A stretch of 64,000 nucleotides of DNA. It comes from an uncultured Eubacteriales bacterium (lineage in GTDB: Bacteria; Bacillota; Clostridia; Oscillospirales; QAKW01). The stretch lies in the NCBI GenBank assembly GCA_964428505.1, contig CAYRYQ010000003.1, forward strand, positions 803 to 64,802, in the 5' to 3' direction. Positions 11,115 to 19,543 of this stretch are shown in pieces. The notes beneath the pieces are model-generated. The model was not told the DNA's origin and made no database searches. It saw nothing but the letters and a program-made list of their open reading frames with translations. Position numbers and translations under genes: made by a program. Numbering within the stretch: the stretch's first letter is position 1; every line of letters starts with the position of its first letter.

Positions 11115-11861
11115 ATGGAACACCATCAAACAGAAGAACATGAATGGGCCCCGCCGGTCAACCGCTGCTCGGAGCCTTCTCAATTAAAAATAACGGATAT
11201 CCGGGTGGCGCAGCTGGACGGCGCGCCAAAGCATTGCACCCTGCTGAAAGTATACACGAATCAGGGCTTGGTTGGGTACGGCGAGGTGCTGAAGCTGGCC
11301 CGTTGGCTGGAGCCCTACAATATCGCCTGGCTGGAGGACGTGGCGCCCTGGCACTATCCAAATCAATACGCATCCATCGCGCGGGGAACCACCATCCCGC
11401 TGTGTACCGGAGAGGATATTTATCTTGCAAAAAATTTCCGGCCCCTGCTGAAAGCGGGCGGCATTGCGGTGGTGCATCCGGATATATTGACGGTTGGCGG
11501 CGCGACGGAATGCAAAAAGCTGGGAGATCTCTGCGAGCGCTATGGCGCCGCGATGGCGATCCATATGGCGGAAAGCCCGATCGCCTGCATGGCCGCGGTG
11601 CACGCGGCCGCGGCGGTGCCGCATTTTCTGGCGCTGGAGTTTCATTCGGCAGACGTGCCCTGGTGGGGTCAGCTGATAAAAGGCGGCGATCAGCCGCTGA
11701 TTCAGGACGGTTTTATAAAGGTGCCCGACCGGCCCGGGCTGGGGATCGAAGGGCTGAATGAAGAGCTGATCGCGGCCCATATCCACCCGGAGCACCCGGG
11801 GCTTTGGGAAGAAACCGGCACGTGGGATACCGAATGGGCCAACGACCGGGAATGGAGCTGA
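11115..11861 (+). pseudogene. Enolase-superfamily (mandelate racemase / D-galactonate dehydratase-like) gene with an apparent in-frame internal deletion
   Basis: 248 aa, against the roughly 380-420 aa usual for the family. The N-terminal KITDIRV...LLKVYTNQGLVGYGEV runs directly into the late-barrel segment LARWLEPYNIAWLEDV...CTGEDIY...HPD...IHMAESP. About 150 aa of capping domain and early barrel strands are absent. Confidence 0.5.
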
Positions 11862-12707
11862 TTGCACGCGGGGGCGCGGCGGTATCAGGCCTTTGACCCC
11901 GGAACGGTGATCCTTCTGGGGGAATTCCGGCTGGAAGCGGTTTTTGCCGCCCACACGGTGCCGGCGGTGGGCGTTTTGGTCCGGCACCGGGGACGCACGC
12001 TTTATTTCACCGGCGATACTCTTTACGATCCGCAGCTGGAAGCGCTTGCAAAGCAAAAAATCGACCTACTTTTTATTTGCATCAATGGCCGGTTGGGCAA
12101 CATGAACGCGGAAGAGGCGGCGCACAAAATTCCGGGCGGTCTGCCGGCGCGGGAAGATCTGCTGGACCCGGCCGGTCCGGAGCGGCTTTTTGCGGCCACC
12201 GGCCCGGTGGATATTCTGGTGCTGAACGCTTCGGTGCAATACCGCACCCGCTGGGATGAAATTCCAAGCACAGAACTGGCGCGGCAGCTTCAGCTGAATT
12301 TCAGCAGCACCCTAAGGCTGCTGCAGCTCTATGTGCCACCGATGCGGCAGAAGGGCTGGGGGCGCGTTTTGTGCGCCGGCAGCGTGCAGCAGTATAAGCC
12401 GCACCCGGAAATGGCGGTCTATGCCGCCACCAAGGCGGCGCAGCAGAATCTGGTTTTGAATCTGGCCAAGCAGCTGGCGCCCTTTGGCATCACCGTCAAC
12501 AATCTTGCGCCGGGAGTGATCGACACGCCCCGCAACCGCCAGGCGCTGGCGGATCCCGCGTATGCGCCGCGTTTGCTGGCCGGCATCCCGGCGGGCTTCG
12601 CCGGCGAAGCGCGCGACTGCGCGGCGGGGGCGCTGCTGCTCTGCTCGGAAGAGGGGCGCTACATCACCGGCACAGATCTTTTAATCGACGGCGGCATGCA
12701 TCTTTAA
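11862..12707 (+). pseudogene. Chimeric ORF: metallo-beta-lactamase-fold fragment fused to an SDR lacking its Rossmann N-terminus
   Basis: Residues 1-85 resemble the C-terminal part of UlaG-like MBL hydrolases (TLYFTGDTLYDPQLEALAKQKIDLLFICINGRLGNMNAEEAA). The rest is an SDR starting at DILVLNAS with YAATKAA (YxxxK), but no TGxxxGxG. The track ORF starts at a TTG at 11862, directly after the previous stop codon. Confidence 0.5.
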
Positions 12708-12724
12708 AAAGGAGATGGAAACCC

Positions 12725-13627
12725 ATGAAATTAAACAGCAAGGAAGAAATACTGGCGCTGACCCCACTGTGGCAGGGCGAACGGCTGCCGGACGGCCGGC
12801 CAAAGGTGCCCGACCGCTATTTGGACTCACTGCGCGCCCTCACGCTGGAAGAGGTCTGGAAGCCGATTTTTCTAAAAGGATATGAAAGTCAGTTTGAAGG
12901 CCGGCTGCACACGCTGCACGACGACGGGCGCAAGCTGATCGGCCGGGCCGTCACCGCAGCCTACTGCCCCTTTCGGCCTGATCTGAACGAAGTTGTGCGG
13001 GCGGCCGGGCAGGCAGAGGGCTGGAACGGAACCTACAACCAATGGGTGGTGGACGCTCTGACCGACAGAGATGTGGCGGTCGTCGATCTGTATGATAAAA
13101 TTTATAAAGGCACCTTTCTGGGCGGCAACCTGACCACCGCTTTGAAAAACAAAACAAAAAACGGCGGCGCGGTGATCTGGGGCGGCATCCGGGACGTGGA
13201 GCAGATGAAGAATATTCCGGAGGTGCAGGTTTATTACCGGGGCATCGACCCCACCCCGATCCGGGATTTTATCATGACCGGCTACAACACGACGGTGCAA
13301 ATCGGCAAGGCGGTCTGCCTGCCCGGCGACGTGGTGTTCGGCGCGGGGGGCGGGGTGTTGTTTATCCCGCCGCATCTGGTGGCGGAGGTGGTGGACGGCG
13401 CCCAAAAGGCCCAGGTGAAGGACCTGTTCGGCTTTAAAATGATTGCAGAAAACCGCTTTACCACCGCCCAGATCGACCGCAACACCTGGACTTTGGAAAT
13501 GCTGGACCTGCTGCTGGCCTTTATTGCGCACGATAAGCGTGCGGCAGACTACCGGAGTCTGGACTGGTCCGAAGAATACCGGGCGGCCCGCGCCCTTCCA
13601 CCGGACGACACCGCGTCCGCATTATAA
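12725..13627 (+). CDS. RraA-family protein (HMG/CHA aldolase-like), long 300-aa form
   Basis: Motif FLGGNLTTALKNKTKNGGAVIWGGIRDVEQM. RBS AAAGGAG. Confidence 0.75.
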   Translation: MKLNSKEEILALTPLWQGERLPDGRPKVPDRYLDSLRALTLEEVWKPIFLKGYESQFEGRLHTLHDDGRKLIGRAVTAAYCPFRPDLNEVVRAAGQAEGWNGTYNQWVVDALTDRDVAVVDLYDKIYKGTFLGGNLTTALKNKTKNGGAVIWGGIRDVEQMKNIPEVQVYYRGIDPTPIRDFIMTGYNTTVQIGKAVCLPGDVVFGAGGGVLFIPPHLVAEVVDGAQKAQVKDLFGFKMIAENRFTTAQIDRNTWTLEMLDLLLAFIAHDKRAADYRSLDWSEEYRAARALPPDDTASAL

Positions 13628-13642
13628 AATTAAGGAGGAACC

Positions 13643-14974
13643 ATGATGTCAAGAACAACCGAAATCCGCAAATTGCTGGACCGAAACCAAGAGGAGGTAG
13701 AGACGCGGATCACCACCGGGATTGAAGCCAACCGAAAAGGCCGCTTCCGACTGACGGTTACCGACGCGCAAGGCACGCCGCTGCCGGATGTCCGCCTTAC
13801 CCTGACGCAACTGGATCACGAATTTGTGCATGGCGCCAATCTGTTTATGCTGGATCAGCTGGAGACCGAGGAAAAAAATCAAAAATACCGATCCTATTTT
13901 GCTGAAAGCTTCAATCTAGCCACATTGGCCTTTTATTGGAATACGCTGGAGCCGGAGCAGGGAAAGCCGCGCTTTCATGCCGACAGCCCCTTTGTTTACC
14001 GCCGTCCGCCGGTCGATCCCTGCCTGACTTATTGCCGGGCGCACGGCATTACACCCAAGGCCCATTGCCTGAATTACGACCGCTTCACGCCGGAATGGCT
14101 GCTGGGGGCGGACACCGCCACCATCAAGCGGCGGCTGGTTGAGCGCTTTGCCCTTCTTGCGGAACGGTACCGGGACGAAATTCCCTGCTGGGAGGTAGTC
14201 AACGAGCTGCTGTGTCACAACGGAGCCACCCGCTTTTATGACGACCCGGAGGTGGTGGAATGGTCGTTTCAGTTGGCCCGCAGGTTTTTTTTGACCAACG
14301 AGCTGATGATCAACGAGACCAATCCGCAAATTTTCGGCGCCAAGCTGGATAACGGAAACCGGGATCCCTATTATATGCTGGTGGAGCGCTCTTTAAGAAA
14401 CGGCGCGCCGATCGATTCCATCGGGATCCAGTTTCATATGTTCCGCAAAAAAGAACTGGAGCTGGCGCATGCCAAAGACCAGTATGATCTTTTGGCAATG
14501 CTGCGGATTCTGGATCAGCTGGCGCGGCTGGGCAAGCCCCTGCAGATTACCGAGGTCACCATCCCCGCCTATGAGGAGACGCCGGAAGACTACGCGCTGC
14601 AGGCCGAAATCCTGCGGCGACTGTACCGGCTGTGGTTCTCCCACCCCGCCATGGAGGGAATTATCTACTGGAATCTGGTTGATGGCTATGCCTGGGGCGC
14701 AACCCCCGGCGACATGCGCGTTGGGGAAAACCTTTGCCGGGGCGGGCTGCTGGATTTTCAGCTGCGGCCCAAGCCTGCCTTTAACATGGTGCGGGATTTA
14801 TTTCAAAAAGAATGGCATACCGCGCTGACCGGCCGCAGCGATGGGGAGGGCGTTTTGCCGGTGCACGGCTTTTTCGGCCGTTACCAAGTGACGCTGGAGC
14901 GCGAAGGAGAAAAAAAGACCGTTTCCCTCTCCCTGCTGAAAAACGGAACGCGCACCCCGACGCTGGTGTTTTAA
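13643..14974 (+). CDS. Glycoside hydrolase family 10 (endo-1,4-beta-xylanase-like), no signal peptide
   Basis: 443 aa. Acid/base motif WEVVNE and nucleophile motif LQITEVTIP. Confidence 0.8.
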   Translation: MMSRTTEIRKLLDRNQEEVETRITTGIEANRKGRFRLTVTDAQGTPLPDVRLTLTQLDHEFVHGANLFMLDQLETEEKNQKYRSYFAESFNLATLAFYWNTLEPEQGKPRFHADSPFVYRRPPVDPCLTYCRAHGITPKAHCLNYDRFTPEWLLGADTATIKRRLVERFALLAERYRDEIPCWEVVNELLCHNGATRFYDDPEVVEWSFQLARRFFLTNELMINETNPQIFGAKLDNGNRDPYYMLVERSLRNGAPIDSIGIQFHMFRKKELELAHAKDQYDLLAMLRILDQLARLGKPLQITEVTIPAYEETPEDYALQAEILRRLYRLWFSHPAMEGIIYWNLVDGYAWGATPGDMRVGENLCRGGLLDFQLRPKPAFNMVRDLFQKEWHTALTGRSDGEGVLPVHGFFGRYQVTLEREGEKKTVSLSLLKNGTRTPTLVF

Positions 14975-15007
14975 CCCCTGCATGCCGCGTGCGGCAAACC
15001 GCAAAAA

Positions 15008-15060
15008 AGAGGGCCCCTTCCAACTCTGGCGCAAACGCCGGAGTTGGAAGGGGCCTCTTT
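15008..15060. terminator. Bidirectional rho-independent terminator
   Basis: Long hairpin AGAGGGCCCCTTCCAACTC ... GAGTTGGAAGGGGCCTCT flanked by A and T runs, between convergent genes. Confidence 0.85.
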
Positions 15061-15071
15061 CAAGCCGATCC

Positions 15072-15605
15072 TTAATAATTTTCCTGATGCACTTCAAAGA
15101 AACTCTGGGGATGGAAGCAGACCGGGCAGATCTCCGGCGCTTTTTTGCCCATGACCAGGTGGCCGCAGTTGCGGCATTCCCACATGGTTTCCTCGCTCTT
15201 CTCAAACACCTTTTTCATCTCCACATTATGGAGCAGCGCGCGATAACGCTCCTCATGCGATTTTTCGATCGCCGCCACCGCGCGGAACTGTGCCGCCAGG
15301 GCAGAAAAGCCCTCCTCCTCCGCATCCTTGGCAAACCGCTCATACATATCGGTCCACTCATAATTCTCGCCTTCAGCGGCAGCCAGCAGGTTCTTTGCAG
15401 TATCGCTCAATCCGCCCAGGGCCTTGAACCAAAGCTTCGCATGCTCTTTTTCATTGTTCGCGGTCTTTTCAAAAAGCGCCGCGATCTGCTCATACCCTTC
15501 CTTTTTCGCCACCGAGGCAAAATAAGTATACTTGTTCCGCGCCTGGCTTTCTCCCGCAAATGCGGCTTCCAGATTCTTTTCTGTTTTGGTTCCTTTGAGT
15601 TCCAT
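15072..15605 (-). CDS. rbr: Rubrerythrin
   Basis: 177 aa from the internal ATG ([30 protein letters not shown]). Ferritin-like ExxH motifs and a C-terminal rubredoxin CRNCGH...CPVC. RBS AAGGAG. Confidence 0.93.
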   Translation of the reverse strand: MELKGTKTEKNLEAAFAGESQARNKYTYFASVAKKEGYEQIAALFEKTANNEKEHAKLWFKALGGLSDTAKNLLAAAEGENYEWTDMYERFAKDAEEEGFSALAAQFRAVAAIEKSHEERYRALLHNVEMKKVFEKSEETMWECRNCGHLVMGKKAPEICPVCFHPQSFFEVHQENY

Positions 15606-15630
15606 CTTGTTAATCTCCTTTATATAAAAA

Positions 15631-16002
15631 TTATATGCCGTTTTCCCGCTCGCAGTCCGGGCAGGTATAATGGATAGCCAGTTCATAATAATGGATAGAG
15701 CGCCCAATGCGGTCTTCCATTTCTTCCCACAGCCCTTCCGAAGGAAAATCCCGGATTACGCCGCAGCGGTCGCAAATCAAATGAACGTGCGGAACGCTGC
15801 TCTTATCAAAGTGGTCGCTTCCGTCAAAGGAATTGATTTTACGGATTTCCCCATGATCGGCCAAATAATTCAGGTTATTATAGACCGTTGCCAAAACCAT
15901 ACCCGGCAGCTCCTTCCGCGCCAGCTGATAGATTTGGTCGGCCGTTAAATGTTGATCCGATTCCCGAATGATCCGAAGAATCAATGCACGTTGTTTTGTC
16001 AT
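15631..16002 (-). CDS. perR: Fur-family peroxide-responsive repressor
   Basis: 123 aa. Winged helix (TVYNNLNYL), HxH region, CDRC and CPDC zinc site. It lies directly upstream of rubrerythrin. Confidence 0.85.
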   Translation of the reverse strand: MTKQRALILRIIRESDQHLTADQIYQLARKELPGMVLATVYNNLNYLADHGEIRKINSFDGSDHFDKSSVPHVHLICDRCGVIRDFPSEGLWEEMEDRIGRSIHYYELAIHYTCPDCERENGI

Positions 16003-16015
16003 AACAGCCTCATTT

Positions 16016-16030
16016 TTAGAATTATTTTAA
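16016..16030 (-). promoter_or_regulatory. Candidate Per/Fur box
   Basis: Minus strand reads TTAAAATAATTCTAA, matching 12 of the 14 defined positions of the B. subtilis Per-box consensus TTATAATNATTATAA. It lies just downstream of the putative perR -10. Confidence 0.5.
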
Positions 16031-16034
16031 ATAA

Positions 16035-16063
16035 ATAATAGCAAGGTTTCCCGCTTTTGTCAA
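16035..16063 (-). promoter_or_regulatory. Putative sigma-70 promoter of perR-rbr
   Basis: Minus strand reads TTGACA, 17 nt, TATTAT. Confidence 0.6.
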
Positions 16064-16197
16064 GTGCTTTTTCAAAGAACATTAAAAAATTTCATGTTCT
16101 ATATGGTTGTATATTCCGGTAAAATATGTTATTCTTTTAAAAGTATGATGGCAATAAGATGTATTGAACATCAAAATCATGAATAAGGGAGTCCCTC

Positions 16198-17064
16198 ATG
16201 AAACAACACAAAGTCTATGATTTTTTCTACCGCATCCTCTGCGGCGCTTTTTTAGGCTTCAGCATTATTTTACCGGGCATCAGCGGCAGCATCATGGCGG
16301 TGATGCTGGGTATTTTTGATCGATTGATCAACATTGTTTCCAATCCGTTTAAAGATTTCAAAAAAAATGTGATTTACTTATTTCCGATGGGGATCGGCGG
16401 GCTGCTGAGCATCTTTATCTCCATTAAAGCGCTCAATCAGCTTTTTGATACCCATCCGGTCCCGGCTTTTCTGCTGTTTATGAGCCTGATCGCCGGCGGC
16501 ATGCCCACCGTATATAAAGAAGCCCGCACCGATCGGTTCAAAAACCACTATTGGATCGGCATGATCGCTGCGTTCGCCATTGCGCTGACAGCCGGTTTCT
16601 TTGCCAACCGGGATGTATCCACCCTGGTGGACACCAGCCATACCAGTTTCGCCATACAGCTGATTACGCTTTCGGTCAGCGGGCTGATCGCCGGCGTTTC
16701 CAGCATTGTGCCCGGTATGAGCGTTTCGATGATCCTGATGATGCTGGGCACTTATGAGTTGCTGCTGCGGGCCGCCTCCAATATCAACCTGGTGGTCATT
16801 ATTCCGGTAGGCATCTTTTTTGTGATCGGCATGGTGCTCTTTTCCAAGCTGATCAAATGGGTTTTTCATCACTATCACGATTTCAGCTATTTTATGGTTT
16901 TGGGCTTTATGGGCGGCTCTTTAGTCAGCATTTTCCCGGGGCTCCCACAAAATACAACCGACTTTTTTCTGAGCGTTCTGGGCATTGCCGCCGGCGTTGC
17001 GGTGGCGGTGCTTTTCACCCGGCTGGGAAAACGTTACCATGCCGATGATTTAGATGTTCTGTAA
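16198..17064 (+). CDS. DUF368 family membrane protein (polyprenyl-phosphate transporter family)
   Basis: 288 aa, polytopic. Signature ILPGISGSIMAVMLGIFD and a second repeat IVPGMSVSMILMMLG. Confidence 0.85.
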   Translation: MKQHKVYDFFYRILCGAFLGFSIILPGISGSIMAVMLGIFDRLINIVSNPFKDFKKNVIYLFPMGIGGLLSIFISIKALNQLFDTHPVPAFLLFMSLIAGGMPTVYKEARTDRFKNHYWIGMIAAFAIALTAGFFANRDVSTLVDTSHTSFAIQLITLSVSGLIAGVSSIVPGMSVSMILMMLGTYELLLRAASNINLVVIIPVGIFFVIGMVLFSKLIKWVFHHYHDFSYFMVLGFMGGSLVSIFPGLPQNTTDFFLSVLGIAAGVAVAVLFTRLGKRYHADDLDVL

Positions 17065-17073
17065 AGAAAAAAT

Positions 17074-17124
17074 AGCAGGGGCTTTCGCACTTTTTGCATG
17101 GTGCGAAAGCCCCTGCTGGTTTTT
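17074..17124. terminator. Bidirectional rho-independent terminator
   Basis: AGCAGGGGCTTTCGCAC / GTGCGAAAGCCCCTGCT 17-bp stem with flanking A and T runs. Confidence 0.88.
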
Positions 17125-17596
17125 AGTCGTTGGATTTCGCCGAAAACTGATCTGCTTCCAGCTGAAAAATCAACACCGTTTCCGCCATTTGATCGGAAAA
17201 CGGGAACGATTTGCCGGTTTGGCAGATCATCAGCCGGCTGAGCGCTTCTTTTTTTTGCTCCGGCGCATGGATGACCGATACCGTGCCGGTACCGATTACG
17301 CTGGCATAGCGGCAGCTATAGGCGCAAGGGTTTTCGCCCGCCCCGGTCAGCCCCTGCTCCCAATCCAGCTCAAAGGCAGCTGAAAAAGCGCCCTTTAAAA
17401 GATGCCGTGCCCTTCGGCCGTCTTTCGCGCCGTGAAAATAGAGGGTCAGTTTGCCCTCTTCCAGCCGGTAGCCATAGTTCATCGGCACGATATATAGCCC
17501 CTCTTCGTCTGTAAAGGCGATCCGGCATACCCTGCAATGATCCAGAATTTCCAAAATCCGATCCTCATTTTTAACTTCCCGCTCTGTTCTTCTCAT
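17123..17596 (-). CDS. Pyridoxamine 5'-phosphate oxidase-family (FMN-binding split-barrel) protein
   Basis: 157 aa from the internal ATG (MRRTEREVKNEDRILEILDHCRVCRIAFTDEEGLYIVPMNYG). GGAGGAA RBS. The longer track ORF (to 17836) overlaps the upstream gene. Confidence 0.8.
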   Translation of the reverse strand: MRRTEREVKNEDRILEILDHCRVCRIAFTDEEGLYIVPMNYGYRLEEGKLTLYFHGAKDGRRARHLLKGAFSAAFELDWEQGLTGAGENPCAYSCRYASVIGTGTVSVIHAPEQKKEALSRLMICQTGKSFPFSDQMAETVLIFQLEADQFSAKSND

Positions 17597-17607
17597 CGGT
17601 TCCTCCT

Positions 17608-18666
17608 TTAATTCTTCAACACAAAGGGCTTTCCTTCCCGATACGTATATCGGTAAATGAAGCTGCATTGCCCTGACTCCCTGGCGTGCTCTTCTGAAAG
17701 ATAATAGGTGCCGTCTCCCACCGCAAACAGGCCGGTGGAGCCATAGGGAAAATCCCAGCCCCGGATCTTGGTGGCGGGATCTTCTTTTCCCAAGGGGGCA
17801 AGCCGCAGCAAGAGCCCCTCTTCCTCCAGCCCGCAAAGCTTTTCCCTGCGGGGCGCCGCTTTGACGTCTGCCGCGTAAAGCTTATAATTCGGAAAGCAGG
17901 GCTTTTCCCCCGCATAAACCGCCATAAAATAGACCTGCAAATAGGGATCGTATTCCAGGTTCTGCACGCCGTAGGTCGTGTTGCCGGTATAAACGAAAAA
18001 CTTATGGGCGGGGGCATCCGGCCCACTTTTATGCAGGCTGCCCTGGCTTAAGGGCTGCCGCCAGCGCGCCAAGTCCGCCGTGTCATAACAAAGGAGCACC
18101 TGATGATCGTTGTCGTCCCGCGTCAGGTCGCCGTAAATGCCATAGGCAACAAACAAATAGCGCTTGGCGTCTTCCCCCGCGCCAAACAGCGGCCCGAAGG
18201 CCGTGCCGTCGATCCCGCTGCAGCCATAGCGGTGCGGCACCCGCTCTCCCGCGCGGTTTTTCCCAAAGCCGTTATAGTCCCGCGCCACTTCATTCAAATA
18301 AACGCAGGTCATAATCCCGTCTCGCTCGGCGTCCATCTCCAGCCGGTCCATACGGTCCACTTCAAAAACGGCCATATAAAACGCGTCTTCCAGCTGCGTT
18401 TCCTTTCCAAGCGCGTGAAGGATCCCCTTCCCGATGGCGTCGTTTTTATATTCCAGCGAACCATAAACACAGCCGTCTTCCGGATGAAAGGCAATGCAGC
18501 CCAGGTGCCCCATCAGCCCGTCCACACTGGCAACCACATTCCCTTTCAGATCACTTTTGACCAGTTTTGTGGTAAAAGAATAATAAATATAGCCCTTTTT
18601 CAGGTCCACCGCAATGCCCTGAATATGGCAGTTTCCGAAGGTTCCTGTAAAAATCGGCGGTTCCAT
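17608..18666 (-). CDS. Hypothetical protein, no family recognised
   Basis: 352 aa from MEPPIFTGTFGNCHIQGIAV. No TM helix or signal peptide. Typical codon usage and long ORF. Confidence 0.6.
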   Translation of the reverse strand: MEPPIFTGTFGNCHIQGIAVDLKKGYIYYSFTTKLVKSDLKGNVVASVDGLMGHLGCIAFHPEDGCVYGSLEYKNDAIGKGILHALGKETQLEDAFYMAVFEVDRMDRLEMDAERDGIMTCVYLNEVARDYNGFGKNRAGERVPHRYGCSGIDGTAFGPLFGAGEDAKRYLFVAYGIYGDLTRDDNDHQVLLCYDTADLARWRQPLSQGSLHKSGPDAPAHKFFVYTGNTTYGVQNLEYDPYLQVYFMAVYAGEKPCFPNYKLYAADVKAAPRREKLCGLEEEGLLLRLAPLGKEDPATKIRGWDFPYGSTGLFAVGDGTYYLSEEHARESGQCSFIYRYTYREGKPFVLKN

Positions 18667-18757
18667 GCTCAAAGCTTCCTTCCTTTTTCCCTGCTCGGTT
18701 CCGGCGCTGCCAAATACCATCCGGCAGCAACAACGGATCTTACGGTTTTAACGCGTT

Positions 18758-19225
18758 TTAACGGATTTTTTGATGGTTCAGAACCGCAGATATCAGCCGG
18801 TCGCCCTCATAAGAAAGAGAAAGCCTGAAAAACGGAGCCCGCTCCTCCATTAGACGAAGAAAAATGAAATCGCCCTCCCAAAGAGGCAGCGTCTCCATTT
18901 CTTTGATCGGCACCCACTCCAGCGTTCCCTCGTCGCAATCCTTCAGCACACCGGAAAAACAGTCGGACCAGAACAGATGCATCCGCTCGCTTTCCCAGCC
19001 GACGCAATAAAAATCCACCACTCCGCGGTATTCCGCCGCATCCAACGTGAGCCCGGTTTCCTCCAGGGTTTCCCGCCGGGCGCATTCCGCCGGGCACTCG
19101 CCGGGGAGCGCCTTTCCGCCAACGCCAATCCACTTGTCCCGATTGACATCCTGCTCCTTTTTGTTGCGGTGCAGCAGCAGATAACACCCATCGCGCTCCA
19201 GATAGCACAAACTGGTTTCCTTCAT
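18758..19225 (-). CDS. NUDIX hydrolase (MutT-like)
   Basis: 155 aa. Nudix box GGKALPGECPAECARRETLEETGL. Confidence 0.88.
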   Translation of the reverse strand: MKETSLCYLERDGCYLLLHRNKKEQDVNRDKWIGVGGKALPGECPAECARRETLEETGLTLDAAEYRGVVDFYCVGWESERMHLFWSDCFSGVLKDCDEGTLEWVPIKEMETLPLWEGDFIFLRLMEERAPFFRLSLSYEGDRLISAVLNHQKIR

Positions 19226-19353
19226 ATCAGAAATCCTTTCCCGGTCTGTTTCTCCCTCTTTTTACTCTTCTCTTATTGTACGCATATCGGCGCCAAAGGT
19301 CAAGTTGCAAACCAAATCTTTTCTTAGAAAAACCACAAATGCGAAAAAATAGG

Positions 19354-19382
19354 TTGATTTTTATCTGCAAAAATGCTATACT
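19354..19382 (+). promoter_or_regulatory. Putative sigma-70 promoter of the FAD-oxidoreductase operon
   Basis: TTGATT (19354-19359), 17 nt, TATACT (19377-19382). Confidence 0.55.
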
Positions 19383-19422
19383 GAACGTAACAATTAATAA
19401 AACCTTTTTACAAAGAGACGAT

Positions 19423-19510
19423 AAGAGAGTAAAGAGACAGCGCAACAAGAACGGGATTTCAGCTGAATACGGCCCCCGTGAAGTTTTTGTTGGCTTCCTT
19501 TACTCTTTTT
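19423..19510 (+). promoter_or_regulatory. Structured 5' leader with terminator-like nested hairpins (candidate attenuator)
   Basis: AGAGTAAAG (19426-19434) pairs with CTTTACTCT (19498-19506), followed by TTTTTGTTT. An inner ACGGG...CCCGT hairpin (19451-19479) is followed by GAAGTTTTT. Confidence 0.35.
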
Positions 19511-19543
19511 TGTTTCAAAAAGTGAGAAAGAAAGGACGTAACC

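Noticed and set aside
14982-15677. 231-aa plus-strand ORF
   Set aside because: It lies antisense to rubrerythrin and the perR 3' end, and the rubrerythrin identity is unambiguous.
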